Shown: in pieces, positions 49,960 through 62,149 of the stretch | Layout: every line of letters begins with the position of its first letter | Numbering within the stretch: position 1 is the stretch's first letter | From: Eledone cirrhosa | Lineage: Eukaryota | Length of the DNA stretch: 64,000 nt | NCBI GenBank assembly: GCA_964016885.1 | Contig: OZ024762.1 | Coordinates: forward strand, 28,148,001-28,212,000 | Direction of reading: 5' to 3' | Translations under genes and position numbers: made by a program | The notes under the pieces: model-generated | Seen by the model: the letters and a program-made list of their open reading frames with translations, nothing else | Databases searched by the model: none | What the model was told of the DNA's origin: nothing

Positions 49960-52900
49960 AATTGACCAGTGTAAACACATTGTTTGTGTTTGCCTGTGTG
50001 TAAATTGACCAGTGTAAACTGTTTGTGTGGTGGTCTGTGTATAAATTGACTAGTGAAAACACAGTGTGTTTGTGATTGTCTGTGTGTAACCTGACCACTG
50101 TAAACAATGTTTGTCTGTGTGTAAATTAACCAGTGTAAACACAGTATGTTTGTGTTTGTGTAAAATGACTAGTGTGCGTATGTGTGTAAATTGACCAGTG
50201 TAAACTGTGTGTGTATTGGCCAGTGTAAACACTGTGTTTGATTGTAAAATTAACCAGTTTAAACAGTGTGTTTGTTTGTGTGTAAACTGACCTGTGTATA
50301 CAGTGTGTTTGTGTCTGTGTAATCTGACCTATGTAAACTATTTATCTGTGTGTAAATTGACCAGTGTAAACACTGTTTGACTGTGTGTAGTATAACCAGT
50401 GTAAACACTGTTTGACTGTGTGTAGTATAACCAGTGTAAACACTGTTTGACTGTGTGTAGTATAACCAGTGTAAACACTGTTTGACTGTGTGTAGTATAA
50501 CCAGTGTAAACACTGTTTGACTGTGTGTAGTATAACCAGTGTAAACACTGTTTGACTGTGTGTAGTATAACCAGTGTAAACACTGTTTGACTGTGTGTAG
50601 TATAACCAGTGTAAACACTGTTTGACTGTGTGTAGTATAACCAGTGTAAACACTGTTTGACTGTGTGTAGTATAACCAGTGTAAACACTGTTTGACTGTG
50701 TGTAGTATAACCAGTGTAAACACTGTTTGACTGTGTGTAGTATAACCAGTGTAAACACTGTTTGACTGTGTGTAGTATAACCAGTGTAAACACTGTTTGA
50801 CTGTGTGTAGTATAACCAGTGTAAACACTGTTTGACTGTGTGTAGTATAACCAGTGTAAACACTGTTTGACTGTGTGTAGTATAACCAGTGTAAACACTG
50901 TTTGACTGTGTGTAGTATAACCAGTGTAAACACTGTTTGACTGTGTGTAGTATAACCAGTGTAAACACTGTTTGACTGTGTGTAGTATAACCAGTGTAAA
51001 CACTGTTTGACTGTGTGTAGTATAACCAGTGTAAACACTGTTTGACTGTGTGTAGTATAACCAGTGTAAACACTGTTTGACTGTGTGTAGTATAACCAGT
51101 GTAAACACTGTTTGACTGTGTGTAGTATAACCAGTGTAAACACTGTTTGACTGTGTGTAGTATAACCAGTGTAAACACTGTTTGACTGTGTGTAGTATAA
51201 CCAGTGTAAACACTGTTTGACTGTGTGTAGTATAACCAGTGTAAACACTGTTTGACTGTGTGTAGTATAACCAGTGTAAACACTGTTTGACTGTGTGTAG
51301 TATAACCAGTGTAAACACTGTTTGACTGTGTGTAGTATAACCAGTGTAAACACTGTTTGACTGTGTGTAGTATAACCAGTGTAAACACTGTTTGACTGTG
51401 TGTAGTATAACCAGTGTAAACACTGTTTGACTGTGTGTAGTATAACCAGTGTAAACACTGTTTGACTGTGTGTAGTATAACCAGTGTAAACACTGTTTGA
51501 CTGTGTGTAGTATAACCAGTGTAAACACTGTTTGACTGTGTGTAGTATAACCAGTGTAAACACTGTTTGACTGTGTGTAGTATAACCAGTGTAAACACTG
51601 TTTGACTGTGTGTAGTATAACCAGTGTAAACACTGTTTGACTGTGTGTAGTATAACCAGTGTAAACACTGTTTGACTGTGTGTAGTATAACCAGTGTAAA
51701 CACTGTTTGACTGTGTGTAGTATAACGAGTGTAAACACTGTTTGACTGTGTGTAGTATAACCAGTGTAAACACTGTTTGACTGTGTGTAGTATAACCAGT
51801 GTAAACACTGTTTGACTGTGTGTAGTATAACCAGTGTAAACACTGTTTGACTGTGTGTAGTATAACGAGTGTAAACACTGTTTGACTGTGTGTAGTATAA
51901 CCAGTAAGTGTTTACACTGGTTTTCACTGTCAACCTGTTGTGTAGTATAACCAGTGGTAAACATGTTTGACTGTGGTGTAGTATAACCAGTTGTAAAACA
52001 CTGTTTGACTGTGTGTAGTATAACCAGTGTAAACACTGTTTGACTGTGTGTAGTATAACCAGTGTAAACACTGTTTGACTGTGTAGTATAACCAGTGTAA
52101 ACACTGTTTGACTGTGTGTAGTATAACGAGTGTAAACACTGTTTGACTGTGTGTAGTATAACGAGTGTAAACACTGTTTGACTGTGTGTAGTATAACCAG
52201 TGTAAACACTGTTTGACTGTGTGTAGTATAACCAGTGTAAACACTGTTTGACTGTGTAGTATAACGAGTGTAAACACTGTTTGACTGTGTAGTATAACCA
52301 GTGTAAACACTGTTTGACTGTGTGTAGTATAACGAGTGTAAACACTGTTTGACTGTGTGTAGTATAACGAGTGTAAACACTGTTTGACTGTGTGTAGTAT
52401 AACCAGTGTAAACACTGTTTGACTGTGTGTAGTATAACGAGTGTAAACACTGTTTGACTGTGTGTAGTATAACCAGTGTAAACACTGTTTGACTGTGTGT
52501 AGTATAACCAGTGTAAACACTGTTTGACTGTGTGTAGTATAACCAGTGTAAACACTGTTTGACTGTGTGTAGTATAACCAGTGTAAACACTGTTTGACTG
52601 TGTGTAGTATAACCAGTGTAAACACTGTTTGACTGTGTGTAGTATAACCAGTGTAAACACTGTTTGACTGTGTGTAGTATAACCAGTGTAAACACTGTTT
52701 GACTGTGTGTAGTATAACCAGTGTAAACACTGTTTGACTGTGTGTAGTATAACCAGTGTAAACACTGTTTGACTGTGTGTAGTATAACCAGTGTAAACAC
52801 TGTTTGACTGTGTGTAGTATAACGAGTGTAAACACTGTTTGACTGTGTGTAGTATAACCAGTGTAAACACTGTTTGACTGTGTGTAGTATAACGAGTGTA

Positions 52901-55205
52901 AACACTGTTTGACTGTGTGTAGTATAACGAGTGTAAACACTGTTTGACTGTGTGTAGTATAACCAGTGTAAACACTGTTTGACTGTGTGTAGTATAACGA
53001 GTGTAAACACTGTTTGACTGTGTGTAGTATAACGAGTGTAAACACTGTTTGACTGTGTGTAGTATAACCAGTGTAAACACTGTTTGACTGTGTGTAGTAT
53101 AACCAGTGTAAACACTGTTTGACTGTGTGTAGTATAACCAGTGTAAACACTGTTTGACTGTGTGTAGTATAACCAGTGTAAACACTGTTTGACTGTGTAG
53201 TATAACCAGTGTAAACACTGTTTGACTGTGTGTAGTATAACCAGTGTAAACACTGTTTGACTGTGTAGTATAACCAGTGTAAACACTGTTTGACTGTGTG
53301 TAGTATAACCAGTGTAAACACTGTTTGACTGTGTGTAGTATAACGAGTGTAAACACTGTTTGACTGTGTGTAGTATAACCAGTGTAAACACTGTTTGACT
53401 GTGTGTAGTATAACCAGTGTAAACACTGTTTGACTGTGTGTAGTATAACCAGTGTAAACACTGTTTGACTGTGTGTAGTATAACCAGTGTAAACACTGTT
53501 TGACTGTGTGTAGTATAACGAGTGTAAACACTGTTTGACTGTGTGTAGTATAACGAGTGTAAACACTGTTTGACTGTGTGTAGTATAACCAGTGTAAACA
53601 CTGTTTGACTGTGTGTAGTATAACCAGTGTAAACACTGTTTGACTGTGTGTAGTATAACCAGTGTAAACACTGTTTGACTGTGTGTAGTATAACCAGTGT
53701 AAACACTGTTTGACTGTGTGTAGTATAACCAGTGTAAACACTGTTTGACTGTGTGTAGTATAACCAGTGTAAACACTGTTTGACTGTGTGTAGTATAACC
53801 AGTGTAAACACTGTTTGACTGTGTGTAGTATAACGAGTGTAAACACTGTTTGACTGTGTGTAGTATAACCAGTGTAAACACTGTTTGACTGTGTGTAGTA
53901 TAACCAGTGTAAACACTGTTTGACTGTGTGTAGTATAACCAGTGTAAACACTGTTTGACTGTGTGTAGTATAACCAGTGTAAACACTGTTTGACTGTGTG
54001 TAGTATAACCAGTGTAAACACTGTTTGACTGTGTGTAGTATAACGAGTGTAAACACTGTTTGACTGTGTGTAGTATAACGAGTGTAAACACTGTTTGACT
54101 GTGTGTAGTATAACCAGTGTAAACACTGTTTGACTGTGTGTAGTATAACCAGTGTAAACACTGTTTGACTGTGTGTAGTATAACCAGTGTAAACACTGTT
54201 TGACTGTGTGTAGTATAACGAGTGTAAACACTGTTTGACTGTGTGTAGTATAACCAGTGTAAACACTGTTTGACTGTGTGTAGTATAACCAGTGTAAACA
54301 CTGTTTGACTGTGTGTAGTATAACCAGTGTAAACACTGTTTGACTGTGTGTAGTATAACCAGTGTAAACACTGTTTGACTGTGTAGTATAACGAGTGTAA
54401 ACACTGTTTGACTGTGTGTAGTATAACGAGTGTAAACACTGTTTGACTGTGTGTAGTATAACGAGTGTAAACACTGTTTGACTGTGTGTAGTATAACCAG
54501 TGTAAACACTGTTTGACTGTGTGTAGTATAACCAGTGTAAACACTGTTTGACTGTGTGTAGTATAACCAGTGTAAACACTGTTTGACTGTGTGTAGTATA
54601 ACCAGTGTAAACACTGTTTGACTGTGTGTAGTATAACCAGTGTAAACACTGTTTGACTGTGTGTAGTATAACCAGTGTAAACACTGTTTGACTGTGTAGT
54701 ATAACCAGTGTAAACACTGTTTGACTGTGTGTAGTATAACGAGTGTAAACACTGTTTGACTGTGTGTAGTATAACGAGTGTAAACACTGTTTGACTGTGT
54801 GTAGTATAACCAGTGTAAACACTGTTTGACTGTGTGTAGTATAACCAGTGTAAACACTGTTTGACTGTGTAGTATAACGAGTGTAAACACTGTTTGACTG
54901 TGTAGTATAACCAGTGTAAACACTGTTTGACTGTGTGTAGTATAACGAGTGTAAACACTGTTTGACTGTGTGTAGTATAACGAGTGTAAACACTGTTTGA
55001 CTGTGTGTAGTATAACCAGTGTAAACACTGTTTGACTGTGTGTAGTATAACCAGTGTAAACACTGTTTGACTGTGTGTAGTATAACCAGTGTAAACACTG
55101 TTTGACTGTGTGTAGTATAACCAGTGTAAACACTGTTTGACTGTGTGTAGTATAACCAGTGTAAACACTGTTTGACTGTGTAGTATAACCAGTGTAAACA
55201 CTGTG
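49960..55205. repeat. 35-bp minisatellite CCAGTGTAAACACTGTTTGACTGTGTGTAGTATAA, roughly 140 units plus a diverged 5' edge (49960-50360)
   Basis: Directly visible; CG variants and 33-bp variants present. Confidence 0.98.
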
Positions 55206-55217
55206 TTTGTCTTTCAG

Positions 55218-55372
55218 AATAAAAGCTCCAACATAATGCAGAGGAGTGTGATGGGCCATCTTCTCCCTGAGGCCATGGTGTGTTACCTAGAAAACTATTC
55301 TGCTGATAGATTTGCTGAAATATTTCTGGGTGAGTTTGATACACCTGAGGCAATATGGAGCAATGAAATGAG
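55218..55372 (+). CDS. DNAJC13: DNAJC13 exon 21: [27 protein letters not shown]...[17 protein letters not shown]
   Basis: tttcag / gtgagt; conserved peptide. Confidence 0.96.
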
Positions 55373-55404
55373 GTGAGTTTTCCTTTGTCTAAGTGGAGTC
55401 TTGC

Positions 55405-56290
55405 GTGGCCTAGTGGTAAGGTTGTTGGACTTAGGATCATAATATTGTGTATCTATATGGGGCAAATTGTGGCCTTGTGGAAAGGGTATTGGACTTAGGA
55501 TTATAATGTTATGTATTTATGGGAAGTCAGTTGTGGCCTAGTGGTAAGGGTATTGGACTTGGATCATAGTGGGCTGGGTCGTGTGTTGTGTTCTTGAGCA
55601 AAACATTTCATTTCATGCTGCTCCAGTATACTCAACTAAAAATGAGTACTAGCAATAGCTGGGGGTTTAACCCTGTGATGGACTGGTTTCCTGTCCAGGG
55701 GGAATCAATCAGGGTTTAGTGGTAAGGGTATTGGTCTTACGATCATAATGTCAGGGGTTTCAATTCCTGGGCTGGGTTGTGTGTACCAACCAACCTGGCA
55801 CCAAGATTACCCCCAACCCAGACACTAAAAATATCACTACAAACACCAATAGTACAAACCATAAATATTTAACAAACTAAAGGGTGCCACCACCTTTGAA
55901 AGAACCCCCCCCCCCCTCCAAGGAGGAAAGTAAAATCTGTCTGTCTTCAGCAAGGAGGTTTGTCAGGCCTGTGCTTATCCCAGTTTTGTGGTGTTTAACA
56001 ACTGAGAGCACAAGAATTCCCCCTGGACAGGACACCACTCCATCGCAGGGTTAAAGTCTGTTTCAAGCCCAGAGGCTCATCAGGCCGGTGTTATCCCAAT
56101 TTTGTGGCGTTAAGCAACCAAGAGTACAACACTCGACCCTGGATAGGACACCAACTGCTGGTACTCATTTTCATCAGAGCAAAGTGAAATGAAGAGTTTT
56201 GCTGAAGAACACAACACGCAACCCAGTCCAGGAATCGAATCCACAACATTATGATTGTAAGTCTAACACCCTTACCACTAGGACACGCAC
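55405..56290. mobile_element. Second tRNA-derived SINE family, fragments in both orientations (also ~20205, ~28100, ~59095)
   Basis: GTGGCCTAGTGGTAAGG A box, TTCAATTCC B box, TTCTTGAGCAAAACA core. Confidence 0.7.
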
Positions 56291-56374
56291 CTCTATATTT
56301 TGTATCTGATTGTTGTTAAATTAATTCACTTTCTCCTCTTCCTCCATTTTCTCATTCTCTTCTTTTTCTTTCAG

Positions 56375-56576
56375 ACGGATGATGATTGAGAAAATTGCTT
56401 CCCACCTGGCTGATTTTAGTCCTCGATTGCAGAGTAACACACGTGCCCTTTATCAATACTGTCCTATCCCAGTGATCAGCTTCCCACAGTTGGAAAATGA
56501 ACTCTTCTGTAATATTTACTACCTTAAACATCTGTGTGATACAATGAACTTCCCAGATTGGCCAATCAAAGACCCA
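56375..56576 (+). CDS. DNAJC13: DNAJC13 exon 22: [32 protein letters not shown]...WPIKDP
   Basis: tttcag / gtaatt; conserved peptide. Confidence 0.96.
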
Positions 56577-56830
56577 GTAATTTAATTTTTTAAATTTTTT
56601 TCTCGTAATTCTTCTCTTAATCTTCAGCATGCTGTGGTGACACTTGGCGCCATATGAGTAATTTCCCCTTAATACATAATGTAGTGTCAAGGGAAACATC
56701 TCATAAAAATTCCTAGCGTGCTAAAGGTTAATATTCTTCTGGACTCATCTTGAAAGTCTCATCATTCTTTTCTATTGTCATTCTTCTTGTTAACCCCTTT
56801 TGTCAGGCCACTCATGTTAATCTGACTTAA

Positions 56831-57037
56831 CCCTTTGGCATTTAAACCGGCCGTATCTGGCCAGAATTCTCTCACCTCTTTCTGTTCTAACCAGCTATAA
56901 CTGGCTTCTTATACTTATGTTAAGGTATTGCTCTAAAAAAAAATTATATCAAATCTCATAGATTCGATATTCAATGAGATAAGGTGTTTACCTTGAAAAT
57001 ACAATTGTAAATATAGAGTAATGGAAAATCTAAAGGG
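56831..57037. mobile_element. piggyBac-type MITE
   Basis: TTAA-CCCTTTGGCATTTAAACCGGCC ... TAAAGGG-TTAA. Confidence 0.78.
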
Positions 57038-57059
57038 TTAAAGGTACTGTAGGTACTCC

Positions 57060-57470
57060 TGGCCTGTCATTTTAATCTCAGTTAAGGCTACCCCAGGTCA
57101 TTTATTTTAACCTGATTTATGAGTACACCAGGCCTGTCAGCCTGAATTAAGGCTGCCCCAGGCCTGTCAATCTGAGATAAGGCTACCCAAGGCCTATCAT
57201 TTTATCTCAAGTTAAGGTTACTTCAAGCCTATTAGTTTAACCCGAGTTAAGGTTACCTCTCACCTATAATTTATATTTGAGTTTAGGCTATCTCAAGTTA
57301 AGGCCACCGCAAGCTTATTATTTTACCTCAAGTTAAGGCTACCTCAAGCCTGTTATTTTACCTCATGTTAAGGCCACCTCAAGTTAAGGCTACGTCAAGT
57401 CTGTTATTTTACCTAAAGTTAAGGCTATCTCAAGTCTGTTATTTTAGCTCAAGCCTGTTATTTATTTCTG
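57060..57470. repeat. Degenerate ~30-35 bp tandem repeat (AGTTAAGGCTACCTCAAGCCTGTTATTTT)
   Basis: Recurring motif. Confidence 0.7.
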
Positions 57471-57608
57471 AGTTATATTTATTGAAGGAAAGGTGGTAAT
57501 TGAAATGTTGAAAGTCTACTGAAATATGAGCTGTGTGTAAGATCTCATATGATGTATCAATTTAACATTTCTTCTCTCTCACCTCTCTTCTCTCTCTCCA
57601 ACCTATAG

Positions 57609-57724
57609 GTGCGTCTGCTGAAGGATATTTTGGATGCTTGGAAGAAAGAGGTGGAAAAGAAACCTCCTTCCATGTCAATAGAAGAGGCTTATCAAGTATT
57701 GAACCTGAACAAAGTAGCTACAGG
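57609..57724 (+). CDS. DNAJC13: DNAJC13 exon 23: [39 protein letters not shown] (J-domain helix I)
   Basis: ctatag / gtacgt; conserved peptide. Confidence 0.94.
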
Positions 57725-57982
57725 GTACGTATTAATATATTGGCTTTCTGCCTGTCTGTCTCTCTGTCTTTCTGCCAGTCTGTCTGTCTCTGTCTGTCTA
57801 TTTCTCTGTCTCTCTCTCATACATTCTGTCCTTTCTCTCTCTCAAACACATTCCATTCTCTCTCTGACACACTCACACTCTCATACACACACACTCACAC
57901 ACACACTCACACACACACACTCACACACACACTCACACACACACACACACACACATGCTTTCATTTGTGTTTGTTCTCTTAG

Positions 57983-58205
57983 TTTCCTTCCCTCCGTTTC
58001 CTTCCCTCCGTTTCCTTCTCTCCGTATCCTTCCCTCCGTTTCCTTCCCTCCGTTTCCTTCCCTCCGTTTCCTTCTCTCCGTATCCTTCCCTCCGTTTCCT
58101 TCTCTCCGTATCCTTCCCTCCGTTTCCTTCCCTCCGTTTCCTTCCCTCCGTTTCCTTCCCTCCGTTTCCTTCTCTCCGTATCCTTCTCTCCGTTTCTTTC
58201 CCTCG
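57983..58205. repeat. 14-bp pyrimidine minisatellite TTCCTTCCCTCCGT
   Basis: Visible periodicity. Confidence 0.9.
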
Positions 58206-58441
58206 GTTTTCTTCCCTCTCTATTTCCTTCCCTCTGTATTTCCTTCCCTCTCTATTTCCTTCTATCTCTTTCATTCTCTCTGTATTTCATTCTCTCTGTA
58301 TTTCATTCTCTCTGTATTTCATTCTCTCTCTTTCCTTCTCTCTCTCTCTCATTCCTTCTCTCTCTCTCTCTTACCCTCTCTCTTTCCTTCTCTTTCTCTC
58401 TTTCCTTCTCTCCATTTCGTTCTCTCTATTTCGTTCTGTAG

Positions 58442-58520
58442 ACATGAAGAAGCTAAAGTAAGAAAAGCCTACTTCCGTCTGGCCCAGAAATACCATCCTG
58501 ATAAGAACCCTGATGGCAGG
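58442..58520 (+). CDS. DNAJC13: DNAJC13 exon 24: [26 protein letters not shown] (J-domain HPD motif)
   Basis: ctgtag / gtaaga; HPD motif. Confidence 0.96.
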
Positions 58521-59929
58521 GTAAGACATCTTGTTGTTATTGTTGTTTGATCCCCAGCTCATCCTTCATCTGGTAGATCTAGGCTCAAAGATATCCCAGC
58601 TGGGATTAACTCATCTCTTTAACCCTTTCATTACCATATTTCTATTTCTAATGAAAGACACTTTCAAAATGACTTGAAAATCATTTTGAAAATGAAAAAA
58701 AATTTGGAGGAATTTAGAAAATAAAATAACTTTCACATTATTAACATTCAACATGTTGGCAACATAAAGCACCATAGAGTAATCTCTCCCTAATGCTGTG
58801 TCAAGGGAAACAACTCATAAAAATGACTAGCACACTAAAGGTTAAGCTGGTGTTTGGAAAATAACATAAGGGATAACATTTTTTTTTTTTAAAGTTAAAT
58901 ATAATCACTTTAAAAGAAAAGGATTGGGGACAATTTGGTACCAAAGGGGTTAACCCTTTAGCATTTAAACCGACCATATCCGGCCAGAATTCTCACACCC
59001 TTTTTTGTTCAAATTGGCCATAATCGGCTGCTCCTATTAATGTTAAGGCATTGTTCTCAAAATAAATATCAAAATATTGTAGAGTTGATATGGAGGCACA
59101 TGGCATTGGCCTTGCAATCGAAAGGTTCTGAGTTCAATTCTCAGACCGGGTGATGTGTTGTTTCCTTGAGCAAGACACTTTATTTCACATTGCTCCAGTT
59201 TACTCAGCTGTAGAAATGAGATGATAGGACTGGGGTCCCTATCATTCCACTGCAAAGTGGTCGTGGAGGTGCCACAGCAAAAAAGCACCCAGCCCACCAT
59301 GTAAAGTGGTCATGTAGGCGCCATGAAAAAAAAGCACCCAGCACTCACTGTAAATGAGGTTGGTGTTAGGAAGGGCATCCAGCTGTAGAAATCAAGCCAG
59401 AATCAGTTCCCGTCCCACCCTTGCAAGCAGGGAAAAGCAGACGTAAAATGATGATGATATGTGAGATAATTAAGCTTATTTTAGATGGATTTGGCTGCTA
59501 TTTCTAGAAGGATAACAAACCATTTCAAGACATATTCTTCTCAGTTTGTCATAGACTTTAGTTACTCCCAGTAGTAATATAATATACTGTATATACTTGA
59601 ATATAAGCCAAGGAATATGGGCCCAACTTCAAATTCTATGTAAATAAGATTTAGATTTTTGCCCATTTCTCAGACATAAAATAGTGGGGTCGGCTTATAT
59701 TCCAATATATATATATGGTACTTTGTACTGATAAGACACAAGATGTTGAAACAGTTCAGGTTATTAATATATAACAAGACTAAATATTGTAGATGAAACT
59801 AATTTAAATTTTAAAAAACTCAAAACATTATGGTGCCCTCTATTTAAAATACTAATTTTACTAATGTTAAAAAGACTCAATTTCCAACAAGATTTCTCTC
59901 CCTTTGCATAGAAACTGACATATCATTAA

Positions 59930-60925
59930 GACAGTGGATTGGCAGAATTGTTAGAGATTCAGCCAAACGTTTGTGCCGCCCTTTATGTTCTGTGTACAAA
60001 TCCCACTGAGTTTAGCTTTGCCTTTCATCCTTTGGGGTTGATAAAATACCAGTAATGCACTGGGGATGATTCAATCGACTTTCTCCTCCCCAAAAATTGT
60101 TGGTCTTGTCGGTAGAGTGTTGGACAATATGCTTAACAGCATAGTTATGGCCGTTTACGATCTGAATTCAAATCCTGCCGATGTTAGCTTTGCCTTTCAT
60201 CCTTATGGGATCAATAAAATAAAATACCAGTCATGCACTGGGGTCAATTTAATTGACTTTTCCCTCTCTGCCAAAATATTGCTGGCCTTGTGCCTAATGT
60301 AGAAACAATTATTGTTATTATTGGTGGATTGGCCAAATCGGTAGAGCATCGGACAGTGCGTTATCAGTATTTAGTTACGATTTTCTACATTCTGAGTTCA
60401 AATGCCGCCATGGTTAGGCCTTTCATACATACAGGGTCATTTCATACATACAAATAAAGTACCGGTAATACACTGGGGTTGATTTAATCGACTTTCCACT
60501 CCCCTTCAAATTGCTGGCCTTGTGAAACAATTATTATATAACAATATATTTATTATTATTATCTGTAGGAAATGTTTGAAAAGGTCAACAAGGCTTATGA
60601 GTTTCTCTGTAGTAAAAAGAAAAAAGCTATCCAAGGACCTGATCCGGAGAATATCGTCCTCATACTTAAAGCTCAGTCTATTCTGTTTAACAGACACAAG
60701 GCTGGTAAGTCACTGCTTTTCTTCATTATCTTTACAGGGTGGTGGATTGGCAGTATCGGTAGAGGATCAGACGCCATGCTTTGTAGCATAGTTACGGTCC
60801 TTTATGATCTGAGTTCAAATCCTGCCGAGGTTAACTTTGCCTTTCATCCTTACGGGGTCGATACAATAAAGTACCAGTAATGCACTGGGCAATTGCTGGC
60901 CTTGTGCCTAAAATAGAAACAATTA
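59930..60925 (+). mobile_element. tRNA-SINE cluster flanking exon 25 (three copies before, one after)
   Basis: Same family as 4345. Confidence 0.78.
60569..60704 (+). CDS. DNAJC13: DNAJC13 exon 25: [45 protein letters not shown]
   Basis: ctgtag / gtaagt; conserved peptide. Confidence 0.96.
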
Positions 60926-61395
60926 TCTTTACATTCTTTTATTCAGCTTGTTCACTTATTCATGTTTTTATATATATATATATATATATTTAGAAATAAG
61001 AGGAAAACACAAACAGGGGATATTTCCCATCATCAGTTGTCTCCTGGAGATCACGGACATTTTTATGCAATCACCTTACAGAGTGGACTGGACACTTTTG
61101 TCGTAGAACCAAACAACCTCCTTACAGTGTGAACTGGGTGCTTTTTCTCGCGTCACTAGCACAACCACCTTATAGAGTGGATTGGGTGCTTTTTGTTATG
61201 ACCAGCACAACCACTTCACAGTATGAACTGGGTGCTTTTTCTGGTGTCACCATGACAAGCATGACCACCTTACAGTGTGGGCAGGGTGCTTTTTCTCATG
61301 TCACCAACATGACCATCATATAGAATGGACTGGGTGTTTTTGCTGGTGTAGATAATAAAAATATGATAATAAAGAAACTGATGTTCTCATTGTAG

Positions 61396-61580
61396 TGCTG
61401 GAACCCTATAAATATTCTGGATATCCCATGTTAATAAAAACCATTCAGATGGAAACACAAGATGAGACGTTGTTCTCTAAATCGGCCCCTCTCTTGGCTG
61501 CGGCTAGTGAAACAGCCTACTACACAGTCAACTGTTCAGCTTTGAATGCAGAGGAACTTCGACGAGAAAATGGTATTGAG
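61396..61580 (+). CDS. DNAJC13: DNAJC13 exon 26: [16 protein letters not shown]...[18 protein letters not shown]
   Basis: ttgtag / gtaaga; conserved peptide. Confidence 0.96.
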
Positions 61581-61600
61581 GTAAGAAAACTGTCACACTC

Positions 61601-61998
61601 TTTTACTGCTTTCAGTCATTAGATTATGGCTACTAATGAGGTGAGGGAATGGTCTTAATTGTTTTACTGCTTTCAGTCATTAGATTATGGCCACTAATGA
61701 GGTGAGGGAATGGTCTTAATTGTTTTACTGCTTTCAGTCATTAGATTATGGCCACTAATGAGGTGAGGGAATGGTCTTAATTGTTTTACTGCTTTCAGTC
61801 ATTAGATTATGGCCACTAATGAGGTGAGGGAATGGTCTTAATTGTTTTACTGCTTTCAGTCATTAGATTATGGCCACTAATGAGGTGAGGGAATGGTCTT
61901 AATTGTTTTACTGCTTTCAGTCATTAGATTATGGCCACTAATGAGGTGAGGGAATGGTCTTAATTGTTTTACTGCTTTCAGTCATTAGATTATGGCCA
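61601..61998. repeat. 61-bp tandem repeat, ~6.5 copies
   Basis: TTTTACTGCTTTCAGTCATTAGATTATGGCCACTAATGAGGTGAGGGAATGGTCTTAATTG. Confidence 0.95.
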
Positions 61999-62149
61999 TG
62001 CTGATCGGGGAAAATGGTAATGCGGTGAGAGCATGGTAACGAGGTGAGAGCTTGGTAACGAGGTGAGAGCTTGGTTAGGAAGTCTTTTACTGCTGTCAGT
62101 CATTAGATTACAGCCATGTTGATTTGGGGAAATGGTAACAAGTTGAGAG

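Larger units (their letters stand above)
290..61580 (+). other. DNAJC13: DnaJ homolog subfamily C member 13 (RME-8) gene, internal portion (26 coding exons; 5' and 3' ends outside the window)
   Basis: Spliced exon translation is colinear with the recalled vertebrate DNAJC13 ([25 protein letters not shown] ... [10 protein letters not shown] ... [12 protein letters not shown]). All 25 introns are GT-AG with matching phases. Confidence 0.97.

Noticed and set aside
50361-55205. CRISPR-like array (35-bp palindromic repeat)
   Set aside because: No unique spacers, no cas genes, eukaryotic intron; it is a plain tandem minisatellite
50259-55440. Minus-strand ORFs of 539-1700 aa
   Set aside because: Artefact of a 35-bp repeat lacking stop codons on that strand; all three frames give the same cycling peptide, and it is antisense to a DNAJC13 intron
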